Assembly: GCA_012513575.1 (NCBI GenBank)
Contig: JAAZBX010000001.1
Span: forward strand, 10,163 to 74,162
Source of the DNA: Candidatus Dojkabacteria bacterium
GTDB taxonomy: Bacteria > Patescibacteriota > Dojkabacteria > SC72
Reading direction: 5' to 3'
DNA length: 64,000 nucleotides
Positions 27,769 to 36,006 of this stretch are shown here, piece by piece. Under the pieces are notes generated by a model. It ran no database searches. It saw nothing but the letters and a program-made list of their open reading frames with translations, and was not told where the DNA came from. The translations under genes and the position numbers were made by a program. Numbering within the stretch: position 1 is the stretch's first letter; each line of letters starts with the position of its first letter.

Positions 27769-29223
27769 TTAATTACTGAATGTTTTACTTGTATCTATTA
27801 AATACCCTTTCAATACTTCTCGACCAATTATTAGATGATAATCTGAATTCTCAATTATTACCACTTCAATATCTTTTATCTCGCCAGAGATTTTCACTTT
27901 AATATCAACAACTGGACGGACTTTGACATCTTCGCCATCAACAATTTTCGCAACTCTTTTGATATTCTCTTCCAAAGTTAATGCTTTTAAATGAGTATCA
28001 ATATATTCCTGAGCCTCTTTAATAGAGTTGAACTTTCTTGGAACATTTAGAGAATTAAAATATTGTGTAGTAGCTAAAAAACCAACTCTGTTAGCAAAAG
28101 TCTCTGACATTCTTGAAGTAAGTACCCCAGTATCCATAAAAGCACGGCCAGATTCTTTTTCGGGCTCTTTCTTCTTTGTTTTGTTTTGGTGAAAGACCAT
28201 TACTTTCTCATCAATTGTAACAACCTTTCTACCACTTATTGTTTCAATACTTTCTTCAACCTCCCCGCCAAAAAGACTCTTTGCTAATCTGATCCCATGT
28301 TTAATATTTTTTACTTCCACATCCTTAACTTTCTCTAGCCTCCATCTAAGTCCTGCTTTATTTGCGACTTGTATTCCAAGCCCAGGTCTTGCGTTAAGTT
28401 CAAAGACAATTGGTCCGTGTTCGGCATCTAGCGCGATATCTACACCAATGTATCCTAATTTTGATACTCTTTGACACTTTAGAGCGATTTCAAGAATTGA
28501 GTCCCATTCAGGTATATGAATTCCGCTTAAAATTTTGTTTTCCTTAAGATCCTGTGTTGTATCGATATCCTCATATGTGTCACTAAAAGGGGAGTTAGTA
28601 TCCATTTGCATAGAATAGGTAGTAATGCCAGTAGCAATATCAATTCCAGTACAAATAGCTCCAGAATGAAGATTTGCGGTACCATTAGACCTTTTTGTCG
28701 GAATTCTTGTCATTGCCATTATGGGTACGCCGTTAAAGCATATTACTCGGATATCTGGGACTCCCTTGTAAGAATACTGTTTAAGTAATGGAGCGGTCTT
28801 CACTCTTTCTTCAATAATAGCAATATCTTTTCGATTTCCCATCGAAAATCTTCCATCTAAGATGTTTTCTATATGAAGGATGATGTCATTTCTTGTCATA
28901 ATATCACCATTTGGTCTAATCCATGCATACTGTCCTTTCTTTTTCCCATAGAAAACAATTATGCCGTTGCCTCCAGTTCCTTGATTTGGCTTAATTACAA
29001 AGCTCTTTGGGAGAGAATCCCAGTCTATGAATTTAAGTTGTTGTTTGTTCCTAATTAATTTGTATACCTCAGGAGTCTTAATATTCTCTTTAGCTAGAAC
29101 CTTTTTTGTCAGAATTTTATTATCCGCAATCCTTTTAGCTGATGGAGGATTAAAAGGTCGAATGTATTCCTGGTTCCTTCTATTTAAACCCAAAATGTTC
29201 TTATACTTACTTCTTTGTGTCAT
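27769..29223 (-). CDS. RimK-related alpha-L-glutamate-ligase-like ATP-grasp enzyme fused to a C-terminal RimB-like retropepsin-type ('ATP-dependent Zn protease', DUF785-like) domain
   Basis: N-terminal 'ILGLNRRNQEYIRPFNPPSAKRIADNKILTKK' is the hallmark start of the alpha-L-glutamate-ligase-like family. ATP-grasp core 'FVIKPNQGTGGNGI', 'GVPDIRVICFNGVPIMAMTRI', 'YIGVDIALDAEHGPIVFELNARPG'. C-terminal domain with 'FMDTGVLTS' (D-T-G) and 'EVVIIENSDYHLIIGREVLKGYLID'. Confidence 0.7.
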   Translation of the reverse strand: MTQRSKYKNILGLNRRNQEYIRPFNPPSAKRIADNKILTKKVLAKENIKTPEVYKLIRNKQQLKFIDWDSLPKSFVIKPNQGTGGNGIIVFYGKKKGQYAWIRPNGDIMTRNDIILHIENILDGRFSMGNRKDIAIIEERVKTAPLLKQYSYKGVPDIRVICFNGVPIMAMTRIPTKRSNGTANLHSGAICTGIDIATGITTYSMQMDTNSPFSDTYEDIDTTQDLKENKILSGIHIPEWDSILEIALKCQRVSKLGYIGVDIALDAEHGPIVFELNARPGLGIQVANKAGLRWRLEKVKDVEVKNIKHGIRLAKSLFGGEVEESIETISGRKVVTIDEKVMVFHQNKTKKKEPEKESGRAFMDTGVLTSRMSETFANRVGFLATTQYFNSLNVPRKFNSIKEAQEYIDTHLKALTLEENIKRVAKIVDGEDVKVRPVVDIKVKISGEIKDIEVVIIENSDYHLIIGREVLKGYLIDTSKTFSN

Positions 29224-29872
29224 TTTCCTTAATTACAGATTTAAATCGAAAGTAGTCTTTGAGCCTTAATCCTTTAAATTGGCCAATAATTAAGTTGGCA
29301 AAGATTAATAACGGGATAAGCCACAAATTATTAATAACATAATTTGAAATGTAATCTCGAGTAATTACAAACCATCCAGCTGTGGCAATTAATACTGTTC
29401 CAAATAGTGCAGTAAATGAAGACTTACTTGATTTTTGTACAAATTGTTTAGTAAAGAAATCAGAAAGTGCGGCTATTGAAATTAACGCTAGAGGTGGGAC
29501 AGTGGACATATTTTCTAAGCCCAGACCCAACTCATCAATTAGTATAATAAAGGAAACTAAAGCGATGCTTAAAAGACAGTAGTTAATTGCAATTCTTGTA
29601 ATATAGTGCATTCTAATCTTCTTAAGTACCAGGTGGGAAAGTAATGATACTGTTATCACCATAAAAGTTATTGCCAATCCGTATTTTAAGCCAGTATAAG
29701 AATAGGCAATTGCAAGTAAAATAGGAGCATAAATCCCATATGATTTAGTCCCAAAAAGATATCTGAATATACTTACAATAGTTGCAACAATTGTAATAGC
29801 TAAAAAAAGCTCTAATGTTTTTTCGGGCACTCCATGTTCTAATATCCACTGAGTAAAAGTAGAGTAGTACAT
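29207..29872 (-). CDS. 7-TM integral membrane protein, first gene of the ATP-grasp operon
   Basis: Seven hydrophobic helices counted by eye. Overlaps the next gene by 17 nt. The position matches the 7TM partner of RimK-like/QEGLA cassettes but no transglutaminase domain is present. Confidence 0.55.
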   Translation of the reverse strand: MYYSTFTQWILEHGVPEKTLELFLAITIVATIVSIFRYLFGTKSYGIYAPILLAIAYSYTGLKYGLAITFMVITVSLLSHLVLKKIRMHYITRIAINYCLLSIALVSFIILIDELGLGLENMSTVPPLALISIAALSDFFTKQFVQKSSKSSFTALFGTVLIATAGWFVITRDYISNYVINNLWLIPLLIFANLIIGQFKGLRLKDYFRFKSVIKENDTKK

Positions 29873-30040
29873 TTCAGAAAATTAAAAAATTAGATATAAA
29901 TTGTAAGGCAGATTCAACACATGAATTATACCATTTTTGTACTGTTAGTACTAGATTTCCCAGCTTTTTTTAGTGCTACATTTCATTATTGTTAATTTCA
30001 GTTTTACTAAGTAGAAAGGGTAGAATATAATCATTGATAT

Positions 30041-31135
30041 ATGAAAAAAGTATTAATAGTAATTGGGGATGCAGGTGCGGGTCATCTTTCCTGCGCAAAC
30101 GCAACAAGGAATGCAATAAAAAAGCTGGATAGTACAATTTCTGTTGAAATAATTGATATTTTTCAGTTTTCTAAAATGTCTAGATTGTATAATTTTGTTC
30201 AGTATTTAGTTAGTGGTTCAAAATTAATAGAATTTCTTTTCAACACATCATTTACATTAATAAATAAGTCAAAGTTTTGTAGTGAATTAGCCTATTTTTT
30301 TGCTCTAAGTCCAATTGTAAAACCCACTTTGAAATATCTTCGAGAGTACAATCCTGATTTAGTGATCTCAAACAATGCACTAACAACGGAGGTTCTTAGT
30401 AGGTGCAAAAAAGAATTCCAATTCAAATACGTCATAACTGTTCCAGATTTAGTTACTATGGTGAGATGGTGGGCAAGCTCTGAGGCTGATCTGATTTTTT
30501 CTCCAACAGAAAAAGCTACGGAAGAATTACTTTCCTTTAATCCTAATTGTAATATCCTTACCGGGTATTATCCGTTAAGAGATATAAAAGAATTCTCTGA
30601 GGAAGAGATACATGATTTTAGGAAAATTTTTTGTAAGGAACATGACTTTGAATTCGAAAGAGATATTATTCTGATTACTGGATGCGGAGTGTCCACAGCG
30701 GGTTTAGTGAGGCGACTTAAAAGTTTTATTTTAAATACAAATTATCAATTAATTATTTTGACTGGTAAGGATACAAAATTAAAAAGGAGATTGGAGAAGA
30801 GATTCCAAAGGAACAAAAGGGTATATATCTCAGGTTATACAAATGAAATTCTAAAATTATTTGTAATATCAGACCTAATTATTTCAAAAACGGGTCCTGC
30901 TACCGTTTTAGAAATAGAGAAAGTAAACAAAAAAGCAATATTTACCGAACCCCCAGTTATTCAAGAGTTTGGTAACGTTGAGTATATTAAAGATAATCCC
31001 AATTTTAGTTATATAGGGTCTAATTATGAGAAATTACCAGAATTAGTAGAGAGAATGTTAGTAAAAGATACAATTAAATACCAAAGCGAGATTAAAGATG
31101 CTAACTCAATAGCAAACATTATCCTAAAGTTGTAA
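30041..31135 (+). CDS. glycosyltransferase, MurG / MGDG-synthase-like (GT28-type)
   Basis: N-terminal 'KVLIVIGDAGAGHLSCANA', like the G-loop of MurG/MGDG synthases, and a C-terminal Rossmann half. Divergent from the ATP-grasp operon. Confidence 0.6.
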   Translation: MKKVLIVIGDAGAGHLSCANATRNAIKKLDSTISVEIIDIFQFSKMSRLYNFVQYLVSGSKLIEFLFNTSFTLINKSKFCSELAYFFALSPIVKPTLKYLREYNPDLVISNNALTTEVLSRCKKEFQFKYVITVPDLVTMVRWWASSEADLIFSPTEKATEELLSFNPNCNILTGYYPLRDIKEFSEEEIHDFRKIFCKEHDFEFERDIILITGCGVSTAGLVRRLKSFILNTNYQLIILTGKDTKLKRRLEKRFQRNKRVYISGYTNEILKLFVISDLIISKTGPATVLEIEKVNKKAIFTEPPVIQEFGNVEYIKDNPNFSYIGSNYEKLPELVERMLVKDTIKYQSEIKDANSIANIILKL

Positions 31136-31240
31136 AATCTAAAAATAGCAACCGTAAGTTTACAGGAAACAACTGCAAGTTGGTGGTTGCAACTGTTGGA
31201 TTAAAGGTAAGATTGGTCATTAATTTAAACAATTAAATAT

Positions 31241-32674
31241 ATGAGTTTTAGGAAAAACTTGGAATACCTTAGAAAGGGTAAAAAACTTTCACAGGAGGAG
31301 TTGGCTAACAGGCTGAATGTTTCTAGGCAATCAGTATCTAAATGGGAGTCGGGTGGTGCTTATCCTGAGACAGAAAAAATGCTTGTAATGTGTAAAATTT
31401 TTGATTGTTCTCTTGATCAGTTGATGAATGATGATATTGCTGAGATAGAGAAGAGTGAGGCTAGAAAATATACCTTTAACGATTTACTAAATGAATTTAC
31501 AAAAATTATTAGAGGTACTATTGATATGTTAGGCTCAATGAATACGAAGTCAGTCATTAAATTCCTTTTTGAAATAGGTTTGTTATTTTTAATTATTTTG
31601 TTATTAAATATTCCATTCTCATATATTAGCAGTATTGGCTCTTCTTTCTTCTATAGCTTTGGTACAACAGCTGGTGGAATCCTTTCAGGATTCTGGGAGT
31701 TTTTGACAAAAATAGTATATCTTGTAGTTGCGGTTTTAACCTTTGCTTATATCTATAAGATAAGATTTATTGATAAATTTCATAGTATACAAGAGGAAGT
31801 AGAGAAGGAAAAAGAGCATTCTGTTGAAAAACAAGTAATTAGAGAGAAAGAAGTAGTTAAGAATATTGAAGTAAAAAAATATGACTTTGGACTTTTCTCT
31901 CTAATTGGGAGATTTGCCATGGCCTTTGTAAAATGTTTTGTTTTCTTCATTTCAATGCCTATTGTTTTTCTCCTATTTTGTTCTTCAGCCGGGGTTTTAA
32001 TAGGTATTGTCTGGATGTTTAGTGGAATCTTTTATTTAGGTATTATCGTTTTCCTTCTTTCTTTTATACTTTTTGCTGTGTCATTACTGAAAGCTTTTTA
32101 CAATTTTATTGTAGATAACAGGACAAATTGGAAGAAACTCTTTGTTGTGTTTATGATTTCAATCATAGGTTTGGGAGTTGGAGCTGGAATTTCTTTCTTG
32201 GATTTCTCAAAATTAACGATAAACTCAAAAGCTCCTAGCAGAGTAGTTGCTAATAAAGAAATTGGGGAGTATCCCATGAGTGAAAACTTGGTACTTTTTA
32301 ATTACGGTCTGGGTGGCACTCAATCTGCATATTATGAAGTTGATGATTCATTAGTAGGCACTGTAAGGATAGAAGTGGAATATTACAGAATGTTTTCAAA
32401 ACCAATAATTACAATTTCAGAATCTGAGGAGGGAAGGGTGATTAATGTATTCAATGAAGGAGAATCAAGTGTAAATTTAAGTAAAATATATAAAATATTT
32501 TTAGATGATTTAAAACACTATACTCTCTCAAACTATTCTGAATTAGGAGGTTTTCAGGTAAATGTGTATTCAAGTAAAGAAAATATTGAAAAAATGCAAA
32601 ATAATTTCTTTTTAGCAATTAATGAAACAGAAGTACAACCAGAGGTAATCGAAGATTTTCCTGAGAATCTATAA
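31241..32674 (+). CDS. XRE-family HTH transcriptional regulator fused to a polytopic membrane domain and a C-terminal extracytoplasmic domain
   Basis: HTH_3 'LRKGKKLSQEELANRLNVSRQSVSKWESGGAYPETEKMLVMCKIFDCSLDQLM', followed by at least five TM helices. Confidence 0.75.
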   Translation: MSFRKNLEYLRKGKKLSQEELANRLNVSRQSVSKWESGGAYPETEKMLVMCKIFDCSLDQLMNDDIAEIEKSEARKYTFNDLLNEFTKIIRGTIDMLGSMNTKSVIKFLFEIGLLFLIILLLNIPFSYISSIGSSFFYSFGTTAGGILSGFWEFLTKIVYLVVAVLTFAYIYKIRFIDKFHSIQEEVEKEKEHSVEKQVIREKEVVKNIEVKKYDFGLFSLIGRFAMAFVKCFVFFISMPIVFLLFCSSAGVLIGIVWMFSGIFYLGIIVFLLSFILFAVSLLKAFYNFIVDNRTNWKKLFVVFMISIIGLGVGAGISFLDFSKLTINSKAPSRVVANKEIGEYPMSENLVLFNYGLGGTQSAYYEVDDSLVGTVRIEVEYYRMFSKPIITISESEEGRVINVFNEGESSVNLSKIYKIFLDDLKHYTLSNYSELGGFQVNVYSSKENIEKMQNNFFLAINETEVQPEVIEDFPENL

Positions 32675-32687
32675 ATAACAAATTAAT

Positions 32688-32716
32688 AAAAAAGACCACC
32701 TTTCGGTGGTCTTTTC
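32688..32716. terminator. bidirectional intrinsic terminator (AAAAA-GACCACC-TTTC-GGTGGTC-TTTT) between convergent genes
   Basis: Perfect 7-bp GC-rich stem, 4-nt loop, flanked by an A-run and a T-run. It sits between the XRE gene stop (32674) and the rplL stop (32736). Confidence 0.85.
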
Positions 32717-32735
32717 ATTATCTTTTCAAAAAAGA

Positions 32736-33137
32736 CTATGCTAATTCTACTGTAGCACCAATTTCTTCAAATTTTGCCTTGATAGCTTCTGCATCTTCTT
32801 TCTTAACCCCTTCTTTAACTGTTTGAGGAGCTTTGTCTACAAGATCCTTAGCTTCTTTTAATCCAAGCTCAGTAATCTCTCTGACAACTTTGATAGCACC
32901 AATCTTGTTAGCACCACCATCCTTAAGAACGATGTTGAACATTGTCTTCTCTTCCTCTGCTGGAGCTGCTTCTGCTGGAGCTGCTGCAACTGCTACTGGG
33001 GCTGCTGCTGATACTCCGAACTTATCCTCCATGACCTTTACTAGGTCTGCGAGTTCCAATACTGACATTTTCTCGACAATTTCGAGGACTTTTTTACCAT
33101 TTTCTGATAATTCTGGTAATGTTTTCTCTTCTGCCAT
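32736..33137 (-). CDS. rplL: 50S ribosomal protein L7/L12
   Basis: Ala/Pro/Glu-rich hinge and the conserved C-terminal domain '[27 protein letters not shown]'. Confidence 0.95.
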   Translation of the reverse strand: MAEEKTLPELSENGKKVLEIVEKMSVLELADLVKVMEDKFGVSAAAPVAVAAAPAEAAPAEEEKTMFNIVLKDGGANKIGAIKVVREITELGLKEAKDLVDKAPQTVKEGVKKEDAEAIKAKFEEIGATVELA

Positions 33138-33173
33138 TTTTGTAAAATATTTAAATTAAATAAGATTGTCTAA

Positions 33174-33695
33174 TTAAGCTTTCTTCTCAGAAATGCCTTT
33201 AAGAACCATAGTTAAACCTCTAACATTTCCAGTGATAGCATTCATAAATCCTGATAGAGGTGCGGACATACTGCCAAGTAATTTAGAAAGAAGGACTTCT
33301 TTTGAAGGAATGTCTGCTAATTGCATTACTCTTTCAGCTGAAAGGAATTCTCCTTCGAAGACACCACCCTTTGCATCAAGTAATTTACTTGTTTTCTGTG
33401 TCTCTTTGACTAATTTCGCAGGTCCAGTTGGGTCTTGTTCAAAGTAAATAATTGCTGTTGGGCCATCGATCTCCTGTGTCTGCAATGGTTGTTCTGTATC
33501 TTGGAGAGCGACTTTAAAAATACTGTTTTTTACAACAGCAAAATTTGCATCAACATCTTTTAACTGTACTTTCAATTTTGTAACAGTAGCAGTGTCGATT
33601 TTGTCAGAGTTTACTAAAAGATATCCGGTTTTATTTTTCAATATATCCTTATATTTCTCTAGTAACTCTGTTTTTTGAGAGTGAGTCTTAGGCAT
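33174..33695 (-). CDS. rplJ: 50S ribosomal protein L10
   Basis: 173 aa, L10 family by position and sequence. Confidence 0.9.
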   Translation of the reverse strand: MPKTHSQKTELLEKYKDILKNKTGYLLVNSDKIDTATVTKLKVQLKDVDANFAVVKNSIFKVALQDTEQPLQTQEIDGPTAIIYFEQDPTGPAKLVKETQKTSKLLDAKGGVFEGEFLSAERVMQLADIPSKEVLLSKLLGSMSAPLSGFMNAITGNVRGLTMVLKGISEKKA

Positions 33696-33831
33696 ATTCT
33701 TTCACTTATTAATTAATTTGAATGTATATTTATCTCGCAAGGATTTATTTTTATACCTTGTTTCTTAGATAAATGAACTAGGTGGATTATATATGAAGAA
33801 GAAAAGGAGGTCAAGGGTTTGTTTGTATTCA

Positions 33832-34815
33832 TTATTCAATACTGACCTTTTCTCCCCGATACCATTTAAGCGTGTCTTCAATAGTGATAATTATGTCTCT
33901 CGCCTGGTATCCTAAATCCTTTTCAGCCTTTCTACTGTCTATTTGGTAATTGGAATTCAATACATCTACAGAATATTTTGTAAGAAGAGGTTTCTTGTTA
34001 AATATTTTGTAGAAAACTTCCGCAAGTGGAACTACAAGCTTCACTATATTTCGTGGGATTTTTACTCTAGGACCCACAGCATCCGTCAGGCTCGAAAGTG
34101 TAGTAAAAAGCTGCTTGATAGAAATATCATTACCCCCTAGTAAGTAGTCTTCACCTTTTTTGCCATTAAATAGGGCAGATATAATACCTTTGGAAACATC
34201 TCTGACATCTACAAAATTATATCCTCCATCAACATAGAAATATTTTGAGTAGTTAGATGCTTCTCTAATCAGAGTACCCATTTCTGAGTTTTTAAAATCG
34301 TAAGGACCGATTACTCCGGAAGGGTAGACAACTATTGCATCTAGACCTTTTTTTACAGCTTCAAATACAATCTTAGTAGCTTGAACTTTTGTTTTTGCAT
34401 AATCACCAAGGACATTCTCAACCTTGGCGAGTTTTTCAATAATGGGGATCCCTTTTTTGGGCTCATGCAACGCATGGATTGAGCTGGTGTAAAGTAATCT
34501 TTTAACGCCACTTTCTAAGCACGCTTCTGTGACCATTCTTGTTCCCTCAACATTTACGTCTTGAAGAAGTTTTCTTTTCTTTGAGACAATTGATATTACT
34601 CCAGCAAGATGACAGACAAAATCGGCCTGTTTAAAAGTTGAAAGTAGAAATTTTTTATCTCGGATATCTCCTTGGAAAAATTTTATAGGGAGATTAGAAA
34701 TTGCTGGATCCGATGATGGGTCTCGGTCAATTACACCAACCTCAAGTCCCATATCCAGTAAATGTCTTACTAAAACATTTCCAATATGTCCACTTCCTCC
34801 AGTTACTACAATCAT
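33832..34815 (-). CDS. NAD-dependent epimerase/dehydratase (extended SDR family)
   Basis: N-terminal 'MIVVTGGSGHIGNVLVRHLL' Rossmann motif and a YxxxK region. It lies between rplA and rplJ. Confidence 0.8.
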   Translation of the reverse strand: MIVVTGGSGHIGNVLVRHLLDMGLEVGVIDRDPSSDPAISNLPIKFFQGDIRDKKFLLSTFKQADFVCHLAGVISIVSKKRKLLQDVNVEGTRMVTEACLESGVKRLLYTSSIHALHEPKKGIPIIEKLAKVENVLGDYAKTKVQATKIVFEAVKKGLDAIVVYPSGVIGPYDFKNSEMGTLIREASNYSKYFYVDGGYNFVDVRDVSKGIISALFNGKKGEDYLLGGNDISIKQLFTTLSSLTDAVGPRVKIPRNIVKLVVPLAEVFYKIFNKKPLLTKYSVDVLNSNYQIDSRKAEKDLGYQARDIIITIEDTLKWYRGEKVSIE

Positions 34816-34860
34816 ATAAAAATGATTATATCTTTTAGAAAGAAGTAGTCAAATTAGGTC

Positions 34861-35547
34861 TTACTCTCTGCTATATGAGATTTTTACACTTGGACCCATT
34901 GTTGGTGCTAGGTGCATCCTTTGAATTGACAATTCAGGTGTTTTACCCAGTACATCCGCAATTGCTAACACTGCGAAGTGAATATTTTCAATTATTTTCT
35001 CATCTTCTAAATCAATTTTCCCAACGCTCATATGTATAACTCCTGATAAATCACATGCAAATGTTTGTTTCCCCTTTTTGTATTCAGCCACAGCAGATGC
35101 AATATCATCTGTTACTGTACCATTCTTTGGATTTGGCATTAGGCCTTTAGGCCCTAATTCTTTCCCTAGAACAGCGATTTTAGGCATAACTGATGGGGTA
35201 GCAATAGCTACATCGAATTCAATTTTGCCATCTTTTACAATCTTCATAATGTTCTCAAGTCCGACAAAATCAGCACCTGCTTTTTTTGCTTCTTCTTCCA
35301 TCTCAACAGGGCAAAAAACTGCAACTTTTACACTCTTCTTGCTTGAGGAATGGGGTAGGGATACTGCACCTTTAAGTGATTTGGAGTCCTTATTCTTAGG
35401 GAGCTTTAAATCAACATGAAGCTCAACACTTCCAACAAATTTTGAATATGACAACTCCTTAACTTTCTTAACACCCTCTTTAAGATTGTAAGAGATACTT
35501 TTATCTAAGTTTTTTGTAATTTTTGTATATTTTTTTCCTCTTTTCAT
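34861..35547 (-). CDS. rplA: 50S ribosomal protein L1
   Basis: 228 aa, L1 family. Confidence 0.9.
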   Translation of the reverse strand: MKRGKKYTKITKNLDKSISYNLKEGVKKVKELSYSKFVGSVELHVDLKLPKNKDSKSLKGAVSLPHSSSKKSVKVAVFCPVEMEEEAKKAGADFVGLENIMKIVKDGKIEFDVAIATPSVMPKIAVLGKELGPKGLMPNPKNGTVTDDIASAVAEYKKGKQTFACDLSGVIHMSVGKIDLEDEKIIENIHFAVLAIADVLGKTPELSIQRMHLAPTMGPSVKISYSRE

Positions 35548-35560
35548 AGTTTATAAATAG

Positions 35561-35989
35561 TTATTTAATTTCTGTTTCAATTCCCATTTGTTTTGCTGTT
35601 CCAGCGATAATTTTTGCAGCTTGCTCAGGGTCTGAAGTGTTAAGGTCTGGCATTTTTATTTCCACAATTTTAGCTATCTGTTCCTTTGTTAGTTTGCCGA
35701 CTTTCTCTAAGTTAGGTTTAGCAGAACCTTTTTTTATCTTTAGCTCTCTTCTAATAAGTTCAGAAGTGGGAGGAGTCTTGGTAATAAAGGTAAATGATCT
35801 GTCTTCGTAGATTGTTAATACTACTGGTGTTAATATCCCATTGTTTTCTCTTGTCTGTTCGTTAAATTGAGTGCAGAATTCTCCTGCATTGATACCATAA
35901 GGGGCTAGGGTAGGTCCTATGGGAGGGGCCATTGTAGCCATTCCTGCTGGAATAGTAATTTTAATAACTTTTTTGATCTCTTTTGCCAT
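35561..35989 (-). CDS. rplK: 50S ribosomal protein L11
   Basis: 'PAGMATMAPPIGPTLAPYGINAGEFC' conserved L11 N-terminal domain. Confidence 0.95.
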   Translation of the reverse strand: MAKEIKKVIKITIPAGMATMAPPIGPTLAPYGINAGEFCTQFNEQTRENNGILTPVVLTIYEDRSFTFITKTPPTSELIRRELKIKKGSAKPNLEKVGKLTKEQIAKIVEIKMPDLNTSDPEQAAKIIAGTAKQMGIETEIK

Positions 35990-36006
35990 ATATTTTTTAT
36001 TATTAA

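Noticed and set aside
31136-31240. Possible palindromic operator upstream of the XRE regulator (GCAAC...TGCAA..TTGCAAC)
   Set aside because: Only 5-bp true dyad symmetry. That is too weak to call a feature, so it is mentioned only in the XRE finding.
33193-35419. Plus-strand ORFs 33193-33447, 33943-34140, 35078-35419 within ribosomal protein genes
   Set aside because: They are antisense to rplJ, the SDR gene and rplA.
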